From Rubrobacteraceae bacterium (GTDB taxonomy: Bacteria > Actinomycetota > Rubrobacteria > Rubrobacterales > Rubrobacteraceae), in assembly GCA_051003015.1 (NCBI GenBank), contig JBPCLT010000025.1, positions 1 through 40,455 on the forward strand: a DNA stretch of 40,455 bases, in the 5' to 3' direction. The notes beneath the pieces were generated by a model that saw only the letters and a program-made list of their open reading frames with translations, searched no databases and was not told the origin of the DNA. Of this stretch, positions 17,753-25,383 are shown piece after piece. The translations under genes and the position numbers were made by a program. How positions within the stretch are numbered: the first letter of the stretch is position 1; each line of letters begins with the position of its first letter.

Positions 17753-18625
17753 TTACGCATTCGGCATCTCCAAACCTTCTTCGGAAACCTTCTGCTTCAG
17801 AAAAGCGAGTCCGTCCCTGGCGAGGTCGTCGCCCAGTGACACGGAGTCCCGAGCCGCCGATGATGCCCGTGTGGCTTCGATGACCCGTGGGATGTGAGGC
17901 TCGATCACAATCGAACTTTCGTATCCGACCGCCCCTAAAGCGGAGAAGACTCCGTTCCAGTCAAGGGACCCGGAGCCCGGCATCCCGCCGTGGTTTTCGG
18001 ACGCGTGTAGGTGCCGAAGCCGCGAGTTTGCGGCGCGGATGGCGTCCGAGATGCCCTCCTCTTCTATGTTTATATGAAACGTGTCGAGGAGGAGACCGAC
18101 GTTGTCAAGGTCGATCTGCTCGCACAAAACCAAGCCCTGCTCGACGGTGTTGACAAGGTTGGTCTCGAAGCGGTTTAGGGGTTCTATGGCGAGTCCCACC
18201 CCGCGCTCCCCCGCGTAGAAGCCCGCCTCCCCTAGGCTCCGTACGGCCCTCTCTTGCTGCCGTTCGCGTTCAGCTTGGGTCGGGGGTCCGGCCTTGCCAG
18301 CCGCCGAGCACATTGGCCCGACCACATTCGCGGAACCGACGTCGGCGGCGACGTCGACACAGAACTTGAGGTAGTCGACACCGGCCTGGCGTCGCTCGGA
18401 GTCCTCGTGGGAGACGTCCCGGTCGGGGCCGAAGGCGCCGCACACCGAGAGGCCTACCCCCGCTTCTTCGGCCGCGCTTCGCAGGGCCAAGGCGTCCACC
18501 CGGAAGGGGTTCTCTATCCGCACCTCAAGGACGTCGAAGCCAAGGTCGGCGACGCGCTTCGCCAAGCGAGCTTCGTCCTCCCCGAGAGCCGAACCCCATA
18601 TTGCAGAACTTGCGCCGAAGAGCAC
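17753..18625 (-). CDS. Ketose 3-epimerase-like TIM-barrel protein (D-tagatose/D-psicose 3-epimerase family)
   Basis: The motifs LAIEPLNRFETNLVNT and LLLDTFHINIEEEG...LRHLHASENHGGMPGSG...IVIEP match the metal-ligand pattern of D-tagatose/D-psicose 3-epimerase family proteins. I prefer the GTG at 18625 (GGAGG 9 nt upstream, 290 aa) to the track start at 18724. Confidence 0.8.
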   Translation of the reverse strand: MLFGASSAIWGSALGEDEARLAKRVADLGFDVLEVRIENPFRVDALALRSAAEEAGVGLSVCGAFGPDRDVSHEDSERRQAGVDYLKFCVDVAADVGSANVVGPMCSAAGKAGPPTQAERERQQERAVRSLGEAGFYAGERGVGLAIEPLNRFETNLVNTVEQGLVLCEQIDLDNVGLLLDTFHINIEEEGISDAIRAANSRLRHLHASENHGGMPGSGSLDWNGVFSALGAVGYESSIVIEPHIPRVIEATRASSAARDSVSLGDDLARDGLAFLKQKVSEEGLEMPNA

Positions 18626-18760
18626 GCTACGAGACCTCCGTGGGCCTTCCGTCCTGGCACGAAAACGGGTCGTGGGCTCTGCCGTTACCCACGCAACCGT
18701 CCCTGCCAACGCTCGGTTCACCAATCAACCTTTACCTTTCCGTGTCCAGACTACCGCACC

Positions 18761-19993
18761 TCAGCTCGGGACCTTAAGCACGCCCGCAGCCGCCATGACG
18801 CTCGCGCCCACCACGCTTGCGCTCCCGTCGAGCTCGCTCATCACGACAGGCAAGTTGCGCGTGGCGAGCGGGAGAGAACGCTGGTAGACGGAGCTGCGGA
18901 TCTCGGCTAGGAGCGTGTTGCCTATGTGCGAGACCCCGCCGCCTATGACTATCATCGAGGGATTGAGCACGTTCACGGCCGCGGCAAGCGTCTGCCCTAT
19001 CAGCCTCCCGGATCTACGGATTATCGTGAGGGCGCAGTAGTCGCTGCGCCTCGCGGCCTCCCCGATGTCCTTGGCGGTGAGCTCGCCCTTCTCCTCCAGG
19101 ACGGCCATCATGACCGGAGATTCGCCATCCCTGGCGCATCTCTCAGCCTGGAGTACCATTGCAGGGGCGGCAGCCATAGCCTCCAGGCAGCCGGTGTTGC
19201 CGCACGAGCATACCGGCCCGTTCGGGTCCACACAGATGTGACCGAAGTCTCCGGCGCAGCCCTGAATGCCGCGATGTATCCGGCCGTCGATGATGATCCC
19301 GCTGCCAATTCCCGTGCCGATCTTGACGAAGATCAGATCCTCTACGCCCTTAGCTACCCCACCCCAGTGCTCGCCGAGCGCCATCACGTTCACGTCGTTG
19401 TCGATGAAGATGGGGGCGGCGTACTCCCCGGCGAAGGCGTCGCGTATGGGGAACCGGTCCCAGCCGGGCATGATCGGAGGAGACGTCAATAACCCGGACG
19501 CCTGCTCGACCGGTCCCGGTACCCCAATGCCGATGGCGAGTACCTCTCTTCGGTCCGCGTCCAACTCCTCAAGGAGTTCGGAGATCATCCCTTTAACCCT
19601 CCGGAGCACCGGCTGAGGACCTTCCTTAACGTCCATAAGCTCGCCCTCGTGGGCGAGGATCTCGCTCCCAAGCGTCGTGAGCGCCACGTCTATGTGGGTG
19701 GCGCCGAGGTCCACTGCGGCGACTAGGCCGGCTGAGCGGGGTATCCCCAACAGGGAGGAGCGCCGCCCACCCTCCGACTCGGCGAAGCCCCCCTCGCCCA
19801 AGAGCCCGTTTTCCACGAGGCGCCCGACCTCCGTCGAGATCCTGCCGCGGCTAGAGCCGAGCCTCTCGGTCAGCTTCGCCCTCGATACCGGGCGCCTCTC
19901 CTGATGCACGAAGGCCATGATGCGCGCCTGCACCCCGTTCTCTACGAGCGGGTAGCGCGCGTCTTCTTCCACCCTGAGCTGCGTGTAAGGCAA
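18761..19993 (-). CDS. ROK-family transcriptional regulator (N-terminal winged HTH plus ROK sugar-binding domain)
   Basis: The wHTH is ARIMAFVHQERRPVSRAKLTERLGSSRGRISTEVGRLVENGLL. ROK motifs are DLGATHIDVAL, GIGVPGPV and the Zn cluster GHICVDPNGPVCSCGNTGCLE. TTG start at 19993; the GTG at 19972 is an alternative. Confidence 0.88.
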   Translation of the reverse strand: MPYTQLRVEEDARYPLVENGVQARIMAFVHQERRPVSRAKLTERLGSSRGRISTEVGRLVENGLLGEGGFAESEGGRRSSLLGIPRSAGLVAAVDLGATHIDVALTTLGSEILAHEGELMDVKEGPQPVLRRVKGMISELLEELDADRREVLAIGIGVPGPVEQASGLLTSPPIMPGWDRFPIRDAFAGEYAAPIFIDNDVNVMALGEHWGGVAKGVEDLIFVKIGTGIGSGIIIDGRIHRGIQGCAGDFGHICVDPNGPVCSCGNTGCLEAMAAAPAMVLQAERCARDGESPVMMAVLEEKGELTAKDIGEAARRSDYCALTIIRRSGRLIGQTLAAAVNVLNPSMIVIGGGVSHIGNTLLAEIRSSVYQRSLPLATRNLPVVMSELDGSASVVGASVMAAAGVLKVPS

Positions 19994-20021
19994 TTCCCAA
20001 TTCCCTTCCCTTCTTGTGCCC

Positions 20022-20063
20022 AGTCTAGACGATTTTTTGCAGTCTTGTCAAGAACTTTTGCAG
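20022..20063 (-). promoter_or_regulatory. Sigma-70-like promoter of the ROK gene with two overlapping CTGCAAAA repeats (candidate operator)
   Basis: The minus strand reads attCTGCAAAAgttcTTGACAagaCTGCAAAAaatcgtcTAGACT. The -35 TTGACA is at 20046-20051 and the -10 TAGACT at 20022-27, with an 18-nt spacer. The 8-mers at 20035-20042 and 20056-20063 are 21 nt apart and flank the -35. Confidence 0.5.
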
Positions 20064-20528
20064 AATTTTTCTCAAAGTTGGCTCCTTTCTGTTCTTATGT
20101 TCGCCTGTGATGTGGCTAAAATTGTACCCTTGGCTCTTGACTTCTTTTTCCTCTTCCTCCGCTGCCCTTTATCGCCGAGGTGCTTGATCCGTATTCCGAA
20201 CGTGCCATGCCTGAGGAGCAGTGCGCTCAACCCACGCAAGGCTCCCGGTAGCGAAGACGCCGAACCAATCGCCATGACCGAGGCCGGTTCTCATCTCTAA
20301 CTCTCGCGCGTCTGCTTCACCTGAGGTACGAGGCTATGTGCAAAGCCGTTATGTCCGGGAACCGGTCCACTTCGGACGCCTGAATTTCTCGGATCGGCGC
20401 AACGGTCCGGGCGACGTAGCGCCACGCTTGCAGGGCGCAGGCACGGACCGTACGTTTGGCGAACGAGGACGTCGTAAGCTGCTAGCGTTGCCCTTCCTCA
20501 CCATCAGCTGCATACGCGCCCACAGCGT

Positions 20529-20552
20529 GCGAGATAACGGCGGTTATCTGGC
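20529..20552. repeat. Palindrome GCGAGATAA-N6-TTATCTGGC (copy 2 of the element at 7769-7792)
   Basis: Read directly: arms match 8/9 and the spacer is again 6 nt. The right arm plus flank, TTATCTGGCAC, is the exact reverse complement of the half-site at 7694-7704. Confidence 0.75.
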
Positions 20553-20810
20553 ACAACGTGGGCATAGATCAAGCCGCCGAACCGTACCTCCACGGCTTCA
20601 TACGTTTCCCAAGATCGCTCGATGTGGCGCTCACGGAGGCAGGCGACGAGATCGAGCCGGGATCGATCGGCCGCTTTGCGGACGGGCAAGCGCCACCAAA
20701 ATGGCACCTCCCACACCGTCGTCTGCACCACCCCGGGGCAGGATCGACGGGCTTCGGCGTGGCTCACGAGGACCCGGGCTTGCCTTCCAGCGACCGAGGC
20801 GTCCGGAGTG

Positions 20811-20940
20811 CTGGTCTTGGTCAACCTCTTGATCGGATCAGGGAGGTGGGGCGACTTGCGATCGTAAATTACCTGCAAAACAGGGATTTTTGGTGGCTGC
20901 CGGACCAGGATTCGAACCTGGACTAAGTGATTCAGAGTCA
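20811..20940. repeat. Direct repeat copy B (~130 bp): tRNA-Gln trailer plus 3' part of the intact tRNA-Gln
   Basis: Partner of 6621-6749 (see that feature for the alignment). Confidence 0.85.
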
Positions 20941-20967
20941 CTCGTGCTGCCGTTACACCATCCGGCA
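20894..20967 (-). tRNA. tRNA-Gln (anticodon CUG), CCA encoded
   Basis: The minus strand folds by hand as a cloverleaf: acceptor TGCCGGA/TCCGGCA, D-arm GTGTAACGGCAGCAC, anticodon stem AGTGA/TCACT with loop CTCTGAA (CTG), variable loop TAGT, T-arm CCAGG-TTCGAAT-CCTGG, discriminator G, CCA. Length 74 nt. Confidence 0.92.
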
Positions 20968-20987
20968 TTGCTTTTGCAGCGCGGGAT

Positions 20988-21016
20988 ATTGTAGCGCGTG
21001 ACCGGCTCTGCGTCGA
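20988..21016 (-). promoter_or_regulatory. Possible promoter of tRNA-Gln
   Basis: On the minus strand TCGACG (21011-21016), a 17-nt spacer and TACAAT (20988-20993) would give a leader of roughly a dozen nt. The -35 is weak. Confidence 0.35.
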
Positions 21017-21021
21017 GGTTT

Positions 21022-21969
21022 CTAGCCTACGGTCTCGGGGATGCCGCCGGTCTCCATGGAGCGCAGAATGTCTATTCTCTCGTTTATGGGCGGGTGGGTA
21101 GAGAAGAGCCCTTTGGCCCGCTTCTCGAAGCTCTTTACCGGGTTGACGATGTAGAGGTGGGCGGTGGCGCGGTTGGCGACTTCGAGGACTTCCCTGTCGC
21201 CGGAGATCTTGGCTAGCGCGTCCGCGAGGCCCTTTGGATTGCGGGTGAGCCGGACGGCGCTGGCGTCGGCCAGATACTCGCGCTGGCGGCTGATGGAGAG
21301 CTGGAGGAGCCTTGCGAACAGCGGTGCGAGGACGGCGAGCAGGATGGCGACGACCATCATGATGAGCTGGACCATGCCCCCGCCCTCGCTGCGGCCTCCG
21401 CGTCCGCCGCCGAACCACAGGCCACGCAGGAAGAAATCCGAGATGAGTACCGTCGTGCCGACGAGGACGCCGACGAGCATAGCGTAACGGATGTCGAAGT
21501 TGCCGACGTGGGACATCTCGTGCGCCATGACGCCCTGCAATTCGTCGCGGTCGAGCTTGCGGAGGAGGCCGGTTGTCGCGGCGACGGAGGCGTGTTCGGG
21601 ATCGCGGCCCGTAGCGAAGGCGTTGGGGGCCGAATCCTCGATGATGTACACCTTCGGCATCGGCAGACCGGAGGCTATCGCCATCTCCTCGACGACGTTG
21701 AAGAGGACGGGGGCGTCCTGGTGCGTGACCTGTTTGGCGCGGGAGGCAGCTAGCACCATGCGGTCGCCGCCGTAGTAGGTGACGAGGCCGGAGATGGTTC
21801 CGACGACGAAAGCGAGGCCGAGGCCGAAGAGCGCGCCTGCGGAGTCCCCGATCCAGGCGTACCCGATCACGTACCCGAACACGGCCACGAACGCGAGGAA
21901 AAGGAGGATCAAAAACACGCTGTTGCGCCGGTTTACGGAGATGCGCTCCCGAAAGGTGCCCCGGTCCAT
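21022..21969 (-). CDS. htpX: Zinc metalloprotease HtpX (peptidase M48)
   Basis: HEMSHVGNFD (HExxH) lies in a four-TM M48 layout, with C-terminal STHPPINERI. The gene sits immediately downstream of lemA, the usual pairing. Confidence 0.92.
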   Translation of the reverse strand: MDRGTFRERISVNRRNSVFLILLFLAFVAVFGYVIGYAWIGDSAGALFGLGLAFVVGTISGLVTYYGGDRMVLAASRAKQVTHQDAPVLFNVVEEMAIASGLPMPKVYIIEDSAPNAFATGRDPEHASVAATTGLLRKLDRDELQGVMAHEMSHVGNFDIRYAMLVGVLVGTTVLISDFFLRGLWFGGGRGGRSEGGGMVQLIMMVVAILLAVLAPLFARLLQLSISRQREYLADASAVRLTRNPKGLADALAKISGDREVLEVANRATAHLYIVNPVKSFEKRAKGLFSTHPPINERIDILRSMETGGIPETVG

Positions 21970-21970
21970 C

Positions 21971-22531
21971 TCAGTCGTAGGAGACGGTGACGGACTCGCG
22001 CTCGGGGCCGACGGCCTCGAAGTACTCCCGCTCGGTGAAGCCCATCATCCTGGAGAAGATGACCGCGGGGAAGCTCTGTATCTTGGTGTTGTAATCGCCG
22101 ACGGAGTCATTGTAGTGCTGCCTGGAGAAGGATATCTTGTTCTCCGTGGAGGATAGTTCCTCCTGGAAGTCCAGCATCACCCGGTCGCTCTTGAGGTCGG
22201 GATAGTTCTCGGCCACCGCGAAGAGGCTGCCGATGGCCCCCGAGAGCCGCGCCTCGGACTGCGCCTGCTCCCCCGGAGACTGAGGCTGCATCGCCCGCGA
22301 ACGCGCCTGCGTCACCTGCGTCAGGACTTCCTGCTCCTGCCGGAAGTACTTCTTCACGCCTTCGAGGAGGTTGGGGATCAGGTCGTATCGGCGCTTGAGC
22401 TGCACGTCTATCTGGCGGTAAGCCTCCTCGGTATCGTTGCGCCTCCTCACCAGCCCGTTATAGGTGACGATGGCGAAGATCACGAGCCCTACAAGGACGA
22501 CTATCAAGATAATCGTCAAGATGATGCTCAT
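21971..22531 (-). CDS. lemA: LemA-family membrane protein
   Basis: An N-terminal TM helix is followed by YNGLVRRRNDTEEAYRQIDVQLKRRYDLIPNL...FAVAENYPDLKSD...YNDSVGDYNTKIQSFP, the canonical LemA pattern. Confidence 0.92.
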   Translation of the reverse strand: MSIILTIILIVVLVGLVIFAIVTYNGLVRRRNDTEEAYRQIDVQLKRRYDLIPNLLEGVKKYFRQEQEVLTQVTQARSRAMQPQSPGEQAQSEARLSGAIGSLFAVAENYPDLKSDRVMLDFQEELSSTENKISFSRQHYNDSVGDYNTKIQSFPAVIFSRMMGFTEREYFEAVGPERESVTVSYD

Positions 22532-22645
22532 CCTAAAAAACCTCCACGACTCGGCAAGCTGTCGAAGATAATTATACGCTGGAGGATCCCCTATGTTTCC
22601 CCCTATCCTCTAAACTGAACTCGCCACCTAACGCGAACCGGAGGA

Positions 22646-24481
22646 ATGAACTTGCCTGAAGACAAGACCCTCTCCCAGGCACGGAGACCCACGGTGGTCG
22701 CCCACGCCGACTGGAGCCTCGACGGAAACAAGCGCTGGATGGCGATCGCCGTTCTCGAAGACGGTCGGTACACAGCCTATCCGCCGCACCTCGCTGGAGA
22801 ACCCTCGACCCTTCTGAGCAGGCTGTCGAAAATCGCTGATCGTGGCACGTCCGTGCTCGCGGGGTTTGACTTTCCCATCGGCGTCCCCGCCCTCTACGCG
22901 GAGCGGGCCGGCATACAGAGTTTTTCCACGCTTCTACCTCATTTGGGACGTGACGAGTGGTCGAAGTTCTATGAGGTAGCCGAGAGGCCGGACCAGATCG
23001 AGGCTAGACGTCCCTTCTACCCGCAGCGTCCAGGCGGCACCGCGATGATCCACCTGCTCGACGGGCTAGGCGTCAAGAGCAAGGCCGATCTCCTCCGCCG
23101 ATGCGACCGTGGCTATCCCGGACGTCCGGCCGCCGAATCCATCTTTTGGACGATGGGTCCCAAACAGGTCGGCAAGGCCGCCATCTCCGGTTGGAGAGAC
23201 CTTTTGGCCCCCGCTCTCCGTTCCCCTGACGTAGAGGTCGCCATCTGGCCCTTTGATGGAGATCTGGACGAGATCCTCCTTCCGGGACGAACCGTGGTGG
23301 TCGAGACTTACCCAGCGGAGTTCTACCGTCATTTCGGGCTCCGGTTCAGCTCCAAGCGGAGCCAGGAAGACCGCCGTTCCACGGCCCCGGTCCTGCTGCG
23401 TTGGGCCAAAGAGAACGATATAACGATCATCCAGGAACTGCGCCTTGATCTCGAGATAGGTTTCGGCACCGCGCCTGATGGCGAGGATCCCTTTGACTCC
23501 GCGATCGGCCTCCTCGGAATGCTCAACGTGGTCCTCGGCAACCGCCCCACCGGCAGGCCGAACGATCCCGCCATCGCGAACTTTGAAGGTTGGATGTTCG
23601 GGCAACTCGAAGCCTCGGATGAGCGCACGACGGAACTCAGTACAGCCAGACCACGAACCGCAAGACTCACAGAAGCCGCAACCAAGAAAATGCAGATAGA
23701 CGACACGGATGCGAAGTTGGAGAGGGATCCAGCCGTCGTCCCCGCAGAGTACGATTCTCCCGCCGATCTCTACGACCTCGAATATGACCACGACTACGAC
23801 GTGCCGTTATGGTCGTCTCTGGCCGAAAGAGAAGCCGGTCCCGTCATCGAGTGGGGAGCGGGCACGGGACGCATAGCCGTCCCCCTCGCCGAAGCGGGCC
23901 ACGACGTGACGGCGGTCGAGGTATCGGAGCGGATGGCCGAGAGAGGACGGAAGAAGAGCGAGGGCGTCCGGTGGGTCGTCGGGGACATGGGGGGAGTGGA
24001 TCTCGAACAGCGGTTCGGGTTCGCGGTGTGCGCGTTCAACTCGTTCCTGTGTCTGCTCGCGGTGGAAGATGCGCTCGCGTTCCTGCGCAACGCCCACGAG
24101 CATCTGGAACCCGGCGGTCTGCTCGGCATCGAGGTCTCGGCGTTCACGCCGGAAGAGCTTGCCGGGGAGCCGGGCGGCCCGACCATACGCCACGACTTCA
24201 CCCGCGAGTCGCCGGACGGCACGCTCGACCGATTCTCCGTCTCCCGATACGATCCGGCCTCGCAACTGCTCTCGATGCAGCTCTTCTACGAATGGTACGG
24301 CGTGCTGGGAGAACTGGAAAGCAAACGAGCGCACGACCTCGACATCCGGGTGACGAATCGCGACGAACTGACCTTGATGCTTCGGCTCGCGGGCTTCGAG
24401 GTCGAGGCGGTGTACGGCGGGTTCGAAGGAGAGCCGTTCGCGGCGGTGAGCGATCACCTGATCGTGCTGGCGAGGAAATAG
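22646..24481 (+). CDS. Fusion protein: N-terminal RNase-H-fold DUF429-like domain plus C-terminal class I SAM-dependent methyltransferase
   Basis: The N-terminal ~330 aa carry acidic-residue motifs reminiscent of DUF429 (GFDFPIGVP, VVVETYPAEFY, DPFDSAIGLLGM). The C-terminal ~230 aa carry MTase motif I (VIEWGAGTGRIAVPLAEAGHDVTAVEVS) and post-I/II motifs. The RBS spacing favours the TTG at 22652 as the real start. Confidence 0.7.
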   Translation: MNLPEDKTLSQARRPTVVAHADWSLDGNKRWMAIAVLEDGRYTAYPPHLAGEPSTLLSRLSKIADRGTSVLAGFDFPIGVPALYAERAGIQSFSTLLPHLGRDEWSKFYEVAERPDQIEARRPFYPQRPGGTAMIHLLDGLGVKSKADLLRRCDRGYPGRPAAESIFWTMGPKQVGKAAISGWRDLLAPALRSPDVEVAIWPFDGDLDEILLPGRTVVVETYPAEFYRHFGLRFSSKRSQEDRRSTAPVLLRWAKENDITIIQELRLDLEIGFGTAPDGEDPFDSAIGLLGMLNVVLGNRPTGRPNDPAIANFEGWMFGQLEASDERTTELSTARPRTARLTEAATKKMQIDDTDAKLERDPAVVPAEYDSPADLYDLEYDHDYDVPLWSSLAEREAGPVIEWGAGTGRIAVPLAEAGHDVTAVEVSERMAERGRKKSEGVRWVVGDMGGVDLEQRFGFAVCAFNSFLCLLAVEDALAFLRNAHEHLEPGGLLGIEVSAFTPEELAGEPGGPTIRHDFTRESPDGTLDRFSVSRYDPASQLLSMQLFYEWYGVLGELESKRAHDLDIRVTNRDELTLMLRLAGFEVEAVYGGFEGEPFAAVSDHLIVLARK

Positions 24482-24613
24482 CCTTCAGGTTTCAGGCTAC
24501 AGGCATCAGGTGAAGTCGGGAGATGGAGAGCCTCCCCGGCTTGCAAACCAGGCGGCCAGACTCGCCGGTAATCTCCACCAGGCGCCCTCGGGTTGGCAAA
24601 CGACCTGAAACCT

Positions 24614-25378
24614 CTATGTTTTGCGCCCGATCACGTGTATCAGGCGGGCGACGCTCCGGTACGGGTCCCTCCGGCCGGCTTCCCACTCCGCCTCGATTAT
24701 CTCCGGCAGGTCACGGTTGGCGGGCCGGTCTCCCAGATGGTCGGTCAACACGCGGATACCGTACCACTCCACCGGCTTGATCCCATGCTCCCGGAACATG
24801 CCGGAGATGCTGGCGACGGTGTCGCCTCGGGTTACGGCACCGTGGCCTCCGAGGTCCCGATCCGCGTCGAATGCCTCCAGCGCGTCCCGGTAGCGGCCTT
24901 CCAGGCCGGGACGCATCGCCAGAGCGTCCGCGTTCTTGAACAGAACGGAGACGACGCTTCCCGGCCGGGCAACATCCGCCAACGCCCGGACCATCGGCAC
25001 AGGGTCCTCGAGGTACATCAATACGCCGTGGCACAGCACCGTGTCGAAGGTTTCGCTCGCCAAGAGATCCGGGGCTTCCTCGCCCGATCCGAAGACCATA
25101 CGTACTCGCTCGCTCGTATCCTCGTCCTCGGAGGCGAGGACGTCCCGGGCTTCGCGCAGCATCTCCGCGGACGGGTCCAGTATCGTAATCTCGTATCCTC
25201 GCCGGGCCAGCGGGATGGACTGTCGACCACTCCCGCCGCCGACGTCGCAGACCTGGGCCGGCGGGCCGGGGAGGTGCTCCCCGAGTTGCCGATCCACGAG
25301 CGCGTACCGCACCGCTCCCCGAACGGTATCGTGATGTCCCAGGAAGCGCGCGGACAATTCAGAGGACCAGCCGCCCAC
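24614..25378 (-). CDS. Class I SAM-dependent methyltransferase
   Basis: Motif I VCDVGGGSGRQSIPLARRGYEITILDPSAEML, then FDTVLCHGVLMYLEDP. Confidence 0.85.
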   Translation of the reverse strand: MGGWSSELSARFLGHHDTVRGAVRYALVDRQLGEHLPGPPAQVCDVGGGSGRQSIPLARRGYEITILDPSAEMLREARDVLASEDEDTSERVRMVFGSGEEAPDLLASETFDTVLCHGVLMYLEDPVPMVRALADVARPGSVVSVLFKNADALAMRPGLEGRYRDALEAFDADRDLGGHGAVTRGDTVASISGMFREHGIKPVEWYGIRVLTDHLGDRPANRDLPEIIEAEWEAGRRDPYRSVARLIHVIGRKT

Positions 25379-25383
25379 GGGGT

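Noticed and set aside
20300-20810. Possible integrase remnant next to tRNA-Gln. One minus-frame stretch, ...FAKRTVRACALQAWRYVARTVAPIREIQASEVDRF..., vaguely resembles a recombinase N-terminal SAM-like domain.
   Set aside because: It is bounded by stops with no start codon, no catalytic R-H-R-Y region is present in any frame, and the similarity is too weak to support by eye. Reported only as absence of a recognisable integrase.
20504-21418. 304-aa minus-strand ORF running through the tRNA-Gln gene and the 3' end of htpX.
   Set aside because: It crosses a bona fide tRNA and overlaps htpX out of frame, and its composition is Arg/Pro-rich. The short peptide similarity to ORF 6578..6760 (LQVIY..SPHL.DP.KRLTKTST) simply reflects translation of the DNA repeat.
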